Below, one piece after another: positions 21,534-30,325 of a DNA stretch of 64,000 nucleotides. The position numbers and the translations under genes are program-made. The stretch covers positions 544,001 to 608,000 of the forward strand of contig JAWLHY010000003.1 of assembly GCA_041690135.1 (NCBI GenBank), read 5' to 3'. The first letter of the stretch is position 1. The number at the start of each line of letters is the position of its first letter. The notes below the pieces were generated by a model, which had not been told where the DNA came from, made no database searches, and saw only the letters and a list, made by a program, of their open reading frames with translations. The DNA comes from Armatimonadota bacterium (GTDB taxonomy: Bacteria > Armatimonadota > SYMT01).

Positions 21534-22202
21534 TTAGAAGGCCAGGGGCATCGTCACGCGACCTTCATCCGGCAGCCCTTTCCGGAGGTGCCGCAGAATC
21601 CGACGTTCGATGTTCTGCACCCGCTGGCCCGAAATGCCGAGGGTCGCCGCCACCGTCGCCCGCGTGAGACCCTCCCAGTAACGGAGGTACAGGATATACC
21701 GATCCCGTCTTCGGAGTGTTTTCAGCGCCGCGGAGAGGAACTCCAGTGTTTCGGCCCACAACATGCTGGCTTCCGGCCCCGGCGCCGGGTCGATCTCCGC
21801 TCGCATGAGATCGGTGTCTCCCCGTTCCAGCAGGAACTCGTAGGAGAGGGGCGGCAGGTCGGAGGGGAGAGCGGTCTCTCGACCGGCGCGAATCCGGTGG
21901 CGCCGATCTCTTCCCGCCGGATCCTGCCGCTGGGCCTCCCGCACCAACGCCCGACGCACGCAGGTATGGGCATAGTCCAGAAAGCTGATCTCCCGATCGG
22001 CGCGGTAGTTGCGGGCCGCCACCGCCACCGCCAGGAACGCCTCCCCCAGGAACGCCTCCCGGTCCATCCAGGCCGGCAGCCGTCGAACCCATCGCCGGGT
22101 CAAGCGCTGCGTGTGTCGTAAGGCCTCCGCCACGGCCTCGGAATCCGGTGCTCCGGAGCCTGGGGAACGGGAGGGGAACGGAGATCCAACATAAGTTTGC
22201 AT
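21534..22202 (-). CDS. Alternative sigma-70 family factor (FliA/WhiG-like)
   Basis: Region 2 (AARNYRADREISFLDYA) and region 4 HTH (LRYWEGLT..VAATLGIS..RVQNIERRIL). Confidence 0.8.
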   Translation of the reverse strand: MQTYVGSPFPSRSPGSGAPDSEAVAEALRHTQRLTRRWVRRLPAWMDREAFLGEAFLAVAVAARNYRADREISFLDYAHTCVRRALVREAQRQDPAGRDRRHRIRAGRETALPSDLPPLSYEFLLERGDTDLMRAEIDPAPGPEASMLWAETLEFLSAALKTLRRRDRYILYLRYWEGLTRATVAATLGISGQRVQNIERRILRHLRKGLPDEGRVTMPLAF

Positions 22203-22375
22203 TTTTAGGGCCGCCTTTCCAGATATTCGGGTTTTCAGTGGGGGCTGTCCTGCGCTACAATACTAACGTGTTCGGTTTAATATGTATACATCAGTCGGCC
22301 AACCGCTGCAAGTACAACTTTCCGTGGAGATGTTGGCCGGCAGGGCTGGAGGCCGACCGGAAGGAGGAAAACCTG

Positions 22376-22840
22376 ATGACACGCAAGCCGGAGTTTGGAA
22401 GACGGTTCCGGGAACTGATCTCGGGAATGACGCAGGAGACCGTGGCGGACCGCCTCGGTATCAGCCAGGCGTCGGTGAGCCGCATGGCGCGCGACTACCC
22501 GCCGGGGCCGAAGCTGCTATCCCGCATCATCCGCGAGTTCGGCGTCGACGAAGCGGAGTGGCGGGCCCTTTCGGGCTATGAAGAGCCGGAGTCGGAGGAA
22601 GACCGGTTGACCGTGATCGCCACTCGCGCCATGGAGGAGGTCCTGCGCCGGGCCGGCCTGGATGGGCCCAGCGGAGCCCAGCGGCTCGTGGAAGGGCTGC
22701 AAGCCCTCAACCGGAAGTACGGTCGCGCGATTCCTCTCGACCTGACCCAGGGGCTGGAGGAGAGCGAGCGCCTCACTCCAGAGCGGGCGGAAGCGATCCT
22801 GCGGGACCTGGAAGAGCAGCTTCGCGCCGGCCTGATCTGA
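22376..22840 (+). CDS. XRE-family HTH regulator
   Basis: AAGGAGG SD before ATG 22376; MTQETVADRLGISQASVSRM. Confidence 0.85.
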   Translation: MTRKPEFGRRFRELISGMTQETVADRLGISQASVSRMARDYPPGPKLLSRIIREFGVDEAEWRALSGYEEPESEEDRLTVIATRAMEEVLRRAGLDGPSGAQRLVEGLQALNRKYGRAIPLDLTQGLEESERLTPERAEAILRDLEEQLRAGLI

Positions 22841-22892
22841 CACTTCCTGACACCGAAATGTCCGGTCACCTGACAAGCGTTCCCGGATAATG

Positions 22893-22904
22893 GAACATAT
22901 GTTT
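22893..22904. promoter_or_regulatory. Putative Gram-positive-type LexA (SOS) box
   Basis: GAAC-ATAT-GTTT, ~24 bp upstream of the ImmA-like gene. Confidence 0.5.
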
Positions 22905-22927
22905 GATTATTGGGGCGAGGGCGTACC

Positions 22928-23710
22928 ATGAACCGGTGGGTAGAAGAGCGGGTGGAAGCGATCCGGCTGGCGCTGAAGATCGTGGGGTTTCCGGCGGAGG
23001 CGGACCTGTACCGGCTGGTGGACTGGCTGGAGGGGTGCATTGTGCTGCGCCACAGCCCGGTGGGCATCGGCATGTGTATCCACCGGGACGACGGCCGCGC
23101 GGTGATCACGCTTCCGCAGGGAGTGGAGCGGCGGGAGCTGGACCACATCCTCTGCGAGGAGGTGGGGCATTACCTGCTGACGTGCGGCATGGCCTCGCTG
23201 CTGCGCCAGTTGGATCCCGCCGATCCGCAGGTACGCCGGCTGGCCCGCGTGTGGGACTGGCGGGACGAGGCGCTGGTGCGCGAGTTCGTCCACGCCTGGT
23301 ACCTGCCGTCGCGCCTGGTGCAGCAATTCCCGGACGATGAGGAACTGGCCTTCCGCTCGGGCTGCAGCCTGGAAGTGGTGGTCCGCCGGCGCGCGGCACT
23401 GGCAGGCGAAGCGGTGCGCTTGATCGGCCCGCCCCGCTGGAGCGCCGCCCGGGAGTACCGCCTGAAACGCCAGCGGATCGGCGCCCAGCCCTACCTGCAG
23501 ATCCTGCCCCGCGGCGAGGCCCGTCCCGAGTTCCTGGTGCCGCTGCCGGACGCCGACGCGCGGGAGATGCTGCTGCAGGCCACCGCCGACCTGATCGCCC
23601 TCACCAACCGGGAGCACGCCCTGAAGTACGCCCCCTTCCGCTGCACCGCCGACGAGGCCGTGAACGTGAGCCTATCGGAGCTGGAAGCGTGGTCCGGCAA
23701 GGGGGCGTGA
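22928..23710 (+). CDS. ImmA/IrrE-family metallopeptidase-like protein
   Basis: ILCEEVGHYL (EExxH variant), downstream E..A..F...W.LP; follows an XRE gene. Confidence 0.7.
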   Translation: MNRWVEERVEAIRLALKIVGFPAEADLYRLVDWLEGCIVLRHSPVGIGMCIHRDDGRAVITLPQGVERRELDHILCEEVGHYLLTCGMASLLRQLDPADPQVRRLARVWDWRDEALVREFVHAWYLPSRLVQQFPDDEELAFRSGCSLEVVVRRRAALAGEAVRLIGPPRWSAAREYRLKRQRIGAQPYLQILPRGEARPEFLVPLPDADAREMLLQATADLIALTNREHALKYAPFRCTADEAVNVSLSELEAWSGKGA

Positions 23711-23937
23711 AGACCGGGGGCACACGTTCAGCCTGGGTGAGCCTTTGGCACAAAGGGACACGAAAAGGGAACGAGAAAGGTCACGGTACTGCGCATCCGC
23801 AATCCAACTGGTTGGGTCACCTCAGGTAGCAGAGGGGCTTGTCCCCGCGGGTCACGGTACGCGCACGAGGTGCACCTCATCCACACCCTCTTTCACGGCC
23901 CATGGAAGCTGCATCTCCAATAGCACTATCGGGGCAA

Positions 23938-24414
23938 TCAGCGAATATAGGACACTGAGCCCACATAGCGTAGAACTACCGGGCTATTCCGGTGTCTTGC
24001 CTCATTGGGTTCATGAGAATAGTCGTAGAGTAATACCACTGCGTTAGCCGGGGGCGAGATCTGTTCTCCATACGTGTCAACAAACCGAGGGACGATGATC
24101 TCGTCATAGGAGAAGCCTTCCAGCAATTTCCGTAAGCTATCCGCCGGCTCATCAATAACCTCAGCTTCTCGGAGGTCATCGTCGAAGCGTCCAAGCGAGA
24201 AGTCCTCGGCGAAAACTGGAGGTATGCGTTCACCACTATTACGGTATCGGGGCGTCAGGTATTCTTCCAATGCTTCGAGTGTAGGTGCATTGCCTACCCA
24301 TAGCGAAACAATCCCCTCTTCTTCCACCTTGATCTCCATTTCAGCGCTATGGGGCACTTCAATCCGCCGGGTAAGAAGCCTACTCCAAAGAGTCGCTGGC
24401 CTTATCAGGACCAT
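23938..24414 (-). CDS. Imm22-like immunity protein
   Basis: VSLWVGN, FDDDLRE, LLEGFSY, NAVVLLYDY, YVGSVSY; lower GC; start codon uncertain. Confidence 0.75.
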   Translation of the reverse strand: MVLIRPATLWSRLLTRRIEVPHSAEMEIKVEEEGIVSLWVGNAPTLEALEEYLTPRYRNSGERIPPVFAEDFSLGRFDDDLREAEVIDEPADSLRKLLEGFSYDEIIVPRFVDTYGEQISPPANAVVLLYDYSHEPNEARHRNSPVVLRYVGSVSYIR

Positions 24415-24430
24415 GCACCGGGGGAAAAGC

Positions 24431-24910
24431 CTACTTACTCGGGTTTACCGGTCTCCATCCTTCACCCGTGCATAGGTGCTCTAGGCTTTCCCGAGGATTG
24501 TCTCCCACGATCTGCAGAGTTCCATCCGACGCCACATACCTCCGTCCGTTCTCGTCCATCAACAGATCGAATATTCCAGACCAACGTTCCCCTACATAGC
24601 AGAGGGGGGTGCCGGCTAGCTGATCGTAATAGGGTCGCTCGCCCTCCCAGCGTGTGAGCAGCCAATCGCCTGCGCCAAAGTAGCTGCAGCGGTCGAGATC
24701 GATGGGTATACGGTCGTCATCAACGGACAGACACAATCCCCCAAACTCCGCCAGGAATTCCTTGACGATCGGATGGACGGGGAATCCCGCCTGTTCCAGG
24801 TACTCTTCGAAACTCCGGGTATCCACGCGTCGCCCGGGGGACCAGCCCGCACTCCGCAGGCGCGCGGTGGCTGTTTCCGAGAGCTCTTGCAATGCCTTCT
24901 CCTTTTTCAA
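24431..24910 (-). CDS. SUKH-3-like immunity protein
   Basis: LRSAGWSPGRRVD, FLAEFGGL, LCYVGE, LLMDENGRRY. Confidence 0.8.
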   Translation of the reverse strand: MKKEKALQELSETATARLRSAGWSPGRRVDTRSFEEYLEQAGFPVHPIVKEFLAEFGGLCLSVDDDRIPIDLDRCSYFGAGDWLLTRWEGERPYYDQLAGTPLCYVGERWSGIFDLLMDENGRRYVASDGTLQIVGDNPRESLEHLCTGEGWRPVNPSK

Positions 24911-24964
24911 CCCTCAAGTCGTGAGCCAATCGGAGTTGGAAGCATGGTCTGCCGCTCCCGCGAG

Positions 24965-25594
24965 TTACTCCAGGCGCACAGAAGGCAGTTGGGACCGGAA
25001 CCGCGCGACACGATCGGCATCCAGTGGCCCGGACTCCACCAGCAAGCGAAGCAGCCCCAGTTGCACCATGCGTTCCGCCACCATCAGGGGGTCCGGATCG
25101 ATCACGGATTGACTGCTCGGCTCGGCGCTGAAGACCTGCCTGGGGCGATTGAAGATCCAGTGATCCACGATCTCCATCACCCTCTCGGCCGCTTCCACCG
25201 CGTTTGCCACGGAATCGGCTTCGTTGATACCGATATCGAGTGCGCTGACCGCGGCCCGCGATGCCGCCACCGTGGCCATCCAGGAGATACCGGCATCATC
25301 GTCGCCCAGGTCCAGATCGACACACTCGGCGGTGAACTGCGTCTCCTCATCGGGCGACAGGGCGACCCCGGAGACGTGGAGCCAGAGTCGCTCCACGATC
25401 GCCCCGAGGGTGGCGGCCGTCGATATCTCATTCAGCCGGTCGAGTTCCCTGGCGAAGGGGAGCAACCGCTCCACCATTCCCGCAGCGAATGCCGCTCTCT
25501 GCGAAGAGGGAAGCTCCGCCAGGTGACCGCTCAAGACCTTCAGGTGCGCCTCCGTGGATCCCGGGTCCATGGTCAAGCTGCTTTCAGCCTCCAT
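24965..25594 (-). CDS. DUF416/YjaG-like helical protein (immunity-like)
   Basis: QRAAFAAGMVERLLP, VERLW, DPLMVAERMVQ. Confidence 0.55.
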   Translation of the reverse strand: MEAESSLTMDPGSTEAHLKVLSGHLAELPSSQRAAFAAGMVERLLPFARELDRLNEISTAATLGAIVERLWLHVSGVALSPDEETQFTAECVDLDLGDDDAGISWMATVAASRAAVSALDIGINEADSVANAVEAAERVMEIVDHWIFNRPRQVFSAEPSSQSVIDPDPLMVAERMVQLGLLRLLVESGPLDADRVARFRSQLPSVRLE

Positions 25595-25705
25595 CGCTTC
25601 GCCCCGGGTCCACACCTTCGATAGATCCGCCAACCTCGCGCACACGTTTTTGTACTTCAACGCTCACGGCAAGCCTCCCGCACCTGCCGCGCCACTACCT
25701 CATCT

Positions 25706-25900
25706 TTACCAGCCTCGGCCCCCGGCCCAGCGGACCGGGAAGAGGTCCACCGCGCCGTCGCTGGCGGAGCCGACCACGATGCCCCGGTCGTTGAGGTCGG
25801 CTCCGCCGCTATAGGGTAGCCCGCGGAGTTTGCCGAGGAGCTTCGGCTTGCCCTTCTTCCAGATGACGGCGCGGTGGACCACACCCTGGCTTTGGCCCAC
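25706..25900 (-). pseudogene. Fragment duplicated from the adjacent HAF-repeat gene
   Basis: IWKKGKPKLLGKLRGLPYS..DLNDRG matches LWKKGKPKLLKSLRGLPYS..DVNDRG in 25939..26964. Confidence 0.7.
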
Positions 25901-25938
25901 GGTCCAACCTCGCGCGGAGCGGCCTTACGGCAGCGGCC

Positions 25939-26964
25939 TCACGGGAGGGGGCGGAGGAGGAAAGTGCGGTCCTGGAAGTTTAGCTGGCCGGTGCCGACGA
26001 TCCAGCCCTGGTCGTTTACGTTCAGGGCGGACTCCAGAATCCATCCGGAGCCGGTGGGGATCAGGTCGTTCAGGTCATAGACCTGTCCCTCGCGCCAGAG
26101 CACCGCGTGCGATACACCGGACGGAAGCTGAGCGATTCCAACAATGAGGCCCGCCTCGTTGATCGCCTTAGCCCCGGCGTCCGGGCCTCCGAGGCCCGGC
26201 AGGACCGAGGGGAGGCCCTCCTGCCAGACGACGGCAGGGCCCGCGCTGTCCTGGGAGACCGATCCGACGACCTGGCCCGCCTCGTTGAGATCCTCGGCAG
26301 AGCTCTCGGTATATCCGCCTACGAGCGGCAGCTTTGTAATGCGGCCACGCTCCCAACTACAGGCGTACGAGATCTGTCCCGAGCCGGAGTAGCCAACGAT
26401 CTGCCCACGATTGTTGATGGCTCGGGCCAGGCTGCGGGTAGCTCCCGGAAGCACTGGGAGCTTGCGGGCACTGGACCCCTTCCAGAGCACGGGCACGAGG
26501 TCGCCCTGCCCTTTACTCGCGTCGCCCACGATCTGTCCGCGGTCGTTGACATCGTGCGCGGTGGAATAGGGCAGCCCGCGCAGGCTCTTCAGGAGCTTCG
26601 GCTTGCCTTTTTTCCAGAGGACCCCACGGGTGAAAGCGCCGCGACTGTAGCCCACCACGACACCGCGGTCGTTGATGCCCAGGGCATGGCTATCGATGTC
26701 GCGGCGATGGGGAGGCAGGACGGCGCCGGCGCCGTCCTGGAGCAAGAAGCCGCGGGAGGAGCCGTTCACGCCGGACCAACCGACGACCTGCCCGCTGCCG
26801 TTCACCGCAGTCAGGTAGCCGGACTGCGAGGGGGTGGGCAGCGCCAGAGCGGTGATGCTATAGGCCGGCACCGTGCCGGCGACTGCGGGGCGGGGCGCGC
26901 GGACGGCGGCGAGGGCGGCGAGCAGCAGAAAGCAGCAGAGACTGAGGCGAGCACGTACGGCCAT
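25939..26964 (-). CDS. Secreted HAF-repeat protein
   Basis: ATG 26964, signal peptide, repeated A..IN..GQIVG, DLNDLIP..SGW.L. Confidence 0.85.
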   Translation of the reverse strand: MAVRARLSLCCFLLLAALAAVRAPRPAVAGTVPAYSITALALPTPSQSGYLTAVNGSGQVVGWSGVNGSSRGFLLQDGAGAVLPPHRRDIDSHALGINDRGVVVGYSRGAFTRGVLWKKGKPKLLKSLRGLPYSTAHDVNDRGQIVGDASKGQGDLVPVLWKGSSARKLPVLPGATRSLARAINNRGQIVGYSGSGQISYACSWERGRITKLPLVGGYTESSAEDLNEAGQVVGSVSQDSAGPAVVWQEGLPSVLPGLGGPDAGAKAINEAGLIVGIAQLPSGVSHAVLWREGQVYDLNDLIPTGSGWILESALNVNDQGWIVGTGQLNFQDRTFLLRPLP

Positions 26965-27193
26965 AAAAGGATTCTCCGCCTGCCTGTTGGCAGCCCGGGC
27001 GGCGCATTCCTCTCTGAAGAACGAAAGGACCCGATAGTTCATGACTCCCGAGATCCGCATCTTCGATACCGCGGGCGAGCGCCAGCCGCTGCCGGACCGG
27101 TTCGTGCTCGGCTGGGACATCGAGCTGCTGGAGCGCGGCGGCTGCGGCAGCTTCAGCTCCCGGCGTGCTGCGCGCAAGAGGCTCCTGTCGTAT

Positions 27194-27610
27194 CTATTCC
27201 TCCAGGATCTCGCCATCCGTCCAGTGCCCCGGGTCATGTCGCAAAGCGCCCGTCAGCCAGGCATGGAGCACGGCCACTCCCTCTGATCGCGGAATCCAGT
27301 GCCGGTGCGACATCTCAGTCCCTTCCGGATCGAGAATGACGCTGGCGCCTGTGGCATCGGGGTCCCCCAGGGAGTAGTACTGCTCATCCTCGTACCGGGT
27401 ATGGATCAGCACCCAGTATTCTCCGCAGAGCCCGACCGACATCACGTCTTCCGGGTCCCGCTCCACGTTGACGAATGAGTATTCCTGGTTGATGGCAAAG
27501 AGCTCCCGATCCAGCTCCGCCAGGCGAGCCGTCAGTTGCTCGAGGGAGGCGATTGGCTCTCGCCTCCGCTTCCAGGGCTCCGGCCAGCACGGCACGTCCA
27601 GGCAGATCAT
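27194..27610 (-). CDS. Imm1-like immunity protein
   Basis: MSVGL, YYSLGD, IP....AVLHAWLTG...GHW; TAATG coupling with the upstream ORF. Confidence 0.55.
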   Translation of the reverse strand: MICLDVPCWPEPWKRRREPIASLEQLTARLAELDRELFAINQEYSFVNVERDPEDVMSVGLCGEYWVLIHTRYEDEQYYSLGDPDATGASVILDPEGTEMSHRHWIPRSEGVAVLHAWLTGALRHDPGHWTDGEILEE

Positions 27611-27858
27611 TACCGGCAACTCTCCACCGAAGCGGAGGAATAGCGCTCCAGACGGCAGAGCGAAGTGTACTCCCCAAACTCGGGGTAGGGCTCCCAGTGC
27701 TCGGCCACGCTTGCCTGGCCCGTCTTCTCCACCTCCGTCTCTTCGACCCGGTCGCGACGGACGATATACATCTCACCCTCTTCGTCGAAGACGTAGTGAG
27801 TGGCGCAGATGACATCATCCGTATCTTCCCGGAACTCGCGATGGCGGATGAATCTCAA
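27610..27858 (-). CDS. Small acidic hypothetical protein, probably a C-terminal fragment of an immunity-like protein
   Basis: TTG 27858 after AGAGG; HWEPYPEFGEY. Confidence 0.45.
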   Translation of the reverse strand: MRFIRHREFREDTDDVICATHYVFDEEGEMYIVRRDRVEETEVEKTGQASVAEHWEPYPEFGEYTSLCRLERYSSASVESCR

Positions 27859-27886
27859 GAACAGCCTCTGCGAGCCGGAGGCTCGG

Positions 27887-28204
27887 TCAGTCCGTGTGCA
27901 CGACGTACCCGTCACCTGATATCCAGTACTCGCAGCCCAGGTGGAGGACAAACTGCCCTTCTTCCCGCCACTGCCGGATCTCCTCGTCGAACAACTCCGG
28001 GTCGTCCTCGGGGAAGGCTTCCGGGCTCTCCAGATACTCCGCGAAATCCGAAGGGAGGTCGGAGATTCCCATAACTCCGGACTCGTCCTGAAACGCCTGA
28101 ACCGATATCGGCTGCGGGGAGAGTTCCAACTCAGCGGTGAGCGCCTCCATCTGGCGGGCGGCGGCCGCCTGGTACTTGCGAGTGAAGCGATAGATCCGGT
28201 CCAC
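27887..28204 (-). CDS. Acidic hypothetical protein
   Basis: 105-aa ORF co-oriented within the immunity-like array. Confidence 0.5.
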   Translation of the reverse strand: MDRIYRFTRKYQAAAARQMEALTAELELSPQPISVQAFQDESGVMGISDLPSDFAEYLESPEAFPEDDPELFDEEIRQWREEGQFVLHLGCEYWISGDGYVVHTD

Positions 28205-28269
28205 CAGGGGTGGGGGTGTTGCCAGCGGGATCGTCTTGCGCTCCCAGCCGTCCTTTGGGTAGCGCCGGG

Positions 28270-28854
28270 CTAGCTTGCCACCAGCCTCTCGATGTATTCT
28301 CTGAGCCCATCCGCATCATCATACGCAGGCTCAACCGACACGTTTTCTGCGATCAGACGTCTTCTGATGGGTTCGATCTCGCTCTCCGAACAAAAAGAAA
28401 TTCCGTTGAGTCGTGGGAAGACCAGATCACTGCCCACCAGGAGAGGAGCGTGCATGTCGCAGTACCACGCAATTCGCCCCATGTCTTCCTGGCCGATATC
28501 GATAGGATTTCGCAAGATGGGGAATGGACTCAGCCTGAGAATCCCCATGAAGAACCGCACATCGCTGAAACCCTCAGCGAAGAAGGGCCGGGGAGACGGA
28601 CGCGCCGGCATAGAGGTGAATACCTGATTCCACTGTCTCAAGTCGAATTGGCCCCATACTTCCGGTATTGCGGCCATCAGCGCCTGCGCCTCGTTGTCGC
28701 CAAACCGCGTGAACAGCGTGATCAACAACTCCTGCGGATCCAGTGCGGCCAGCGTAGGCATTCTGGACAATACATACTGCCGAAACGTAAGCGGCGTTGG
28801 ATCCGCAAAGATGATCTCTTCAAGGATGACGTACACAGGATTCGCAGATCTCAC
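28270..28854 (-). CDS. Hypothetical protein
   Basis: GTGA overlap with the upstream gene; lower GC. Confidence 0.55.
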   Translation of the reverse strand: MRSANPVYVILEEIIFADPTPLTFRQYVLSRMPTLAALDPQELLITLFTRFGDNEAQALMAAIPEVWGQFDLRQWNQVFTSMPARPSPRPFFAEGFSDVRFFMGILRLSPFPILRNPIDIGQEDMGRIAWYCDMHAPLLVGSDLVFPRLNGISFCSESEIEPIRRRLIAENVSVEPAYDDADGLREYIERLVAS

Positions 28855-29858
28855 GGGACCGCACTCCAGGCCGCCGGAACGGCCTCGTCCAGGTACCACT
28901 CCCAGAAGGCGCGTCTCCGGAGCGGGTCCGACTCCGGGTTCCACTCACCCCCGCCGGAAAAGGCGCCCGCCGCGTAGACGGCCGGGTCAATCTCCTCGGG
29001 ATCGACGACATCGTCGGACGTGGGGTCCAGGTGCGCGGCGTCGAAGGGGGCATCGAACAGGGCGAAGCGGGCCGTATTGAGGGCGGCGTTCAACACCTCC
29101 AGCGCGACCCGGTAGCCTTGCTCGGAGTTCACTTCCCGATCGAAGTACCTTTCCCCTTGCCGGATAAACTCCTTCAGGTCTTCGTAGTCGCATCGGCAGT
29201 CGAGGTACGCGTGGACACCGGCCAGGATCTCCTGTGGAAGGGAGCCCTCTTCCGCGGATGCACTCCAGATGGGCAGGACCTTCTCCGTCGCCAGCATGGC
29301 CAGGTGGACCCGCCGCCGCAGTCCCGGATTTCGCGGGAAGTCCCTGGAGTCCAGACGCGGACCCAACTCCGACCAGATCAGTTGCCGGCAGCCGAGCTTG
29401 AGATCTGAGTTCTCCTCCCCCGCGAGAGAGGACTTGCAGAGTTCGATCGCTGCGATCAGCGATCCAGGCATCCCCCGTTCCGCCGGATCATCATCCCGGA
29501 TGATCGAGAACCCTCCGGCCAGTAGGGCTATCTCGATGTGGCGGCTGATATCCGTATTGGCGGGCTCTGACGGATCTGCTTCATGCCACTCCGGTGCGAA
29601 TGCTTCCGGATATCCCTCCAGAAAGAACTCTTCGTCGCGGCCTTGCTGAATACGGACATCGAAGCCAAGCAAGGGGGAGCGAAGGCGAACCGCGGGGACT
29701 TCATCATAAAAATCGGTATTCTCGAAGTCGAATTCCGCGCCACCGAGAATGCACCTCGAAACCCGGCGAGCTACCTCCTCCAGGGTCCCCCTGCTGCGAA
29801 AACCAACAATGAAAATGAGATAGTGCATGGGCAAGGGCGCCCCTCTAGGTTCCGTCAT
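28851..29858 (-). CDS. Two-domain protein with a C-terminal Imm5-like immunity domain
   Basis: EKVLPIW, YAAGAFSGG, RRRAFWEWYLDEAVP; separate acidic N-terminal domain. Confidence 0.7.
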   Translation of the reverse strand: MTEPRGAPLPMHYLIFIVGFRSRGTLEEVARRVSRCILGGAEFDFENTDFYDEVPAVRLRSPLLGFDVRIQQGRDEEFFLEGYPEAFAPEWHEADPSEPANTDISRHIEIALLAGGFSIIRDDDPAERGMPGSLIAAIELCKSSLAGEENSDLKLGCRQLIWSELGPRLDSRDFPRNPGLRRRVHLAMLATEKVLPIWSASAEEGSLPQEILAGVHAYLDCRCDYEDLKEFIRQGERYFDREVNSEQGYRVALEVLNAALNTARFALFDAPFDAAHLDPTSDDVVDPEEIDPAVYAAGAFSGGGEWNPESDPLRRRAFWEWYLDEAVPAAWSAVP

Positions 29859-30120
29859 GGCGGGACCATCCGGCGATGCAAAGGGAACTCCAACGCGTAC
29901 TGGTTCGCCAGCGGCCTGGGATTCCTATTGGGGTAGACCGGTCACCGGGTCCTGCTGGTCCGTCGCAACTTCCCTGACCAGGGGGCGGGATGGATTAGGA
30001 CCCGGATGAGGATAAAGAGTCCCGGTTCCAGGACCGCATCTTGACCAGGAGGCTGCCCGAACGTGTAATTGCGACTTCCCTTGATCTCTCGCTCCTCGCC
30101 ATGACCTACCGTGTCCATTG

Positions 30121-30250
30121 CCCGAACATTTACGCCCCACAGGGGTGCCTGACCACCCGAACATTTACGCCCCACAGGGGTGCCTGACCACCCGAACATT
30201 TACGCCCCACAGGGGTGCCTGACCACCTGACCACCTGAACACCTAAACAC
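30121..30250 (+). repeat. Three exact tandem 35-bp repeats followed by degenerate octamers
   Basis: CCCGAACATTTACGCCCCACAGGGGTGCCTGACCA at 30121, 30156 and 30191; no spacers. Confidence 0.95.
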
Positions 30251-30325
30251 CCATTACCGTAACTCCCGCTTGCGTCGCGTGTCTCCTTCATAGGTAAGCG
30301 TCATCCTCAGAAATGCCAGGCCTCG

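Noticed and set aside
21534-29858. Intact prophage or ICE
   Set aside because: XRE/ImmA genes are present, but there are no integrase, replication, terminase, capsid or conjugation genes
30121-30225. CRISPR array
   Set aside because: The 35-bp units are directly adjacent with no unique spacers, and no cas genes are in the window
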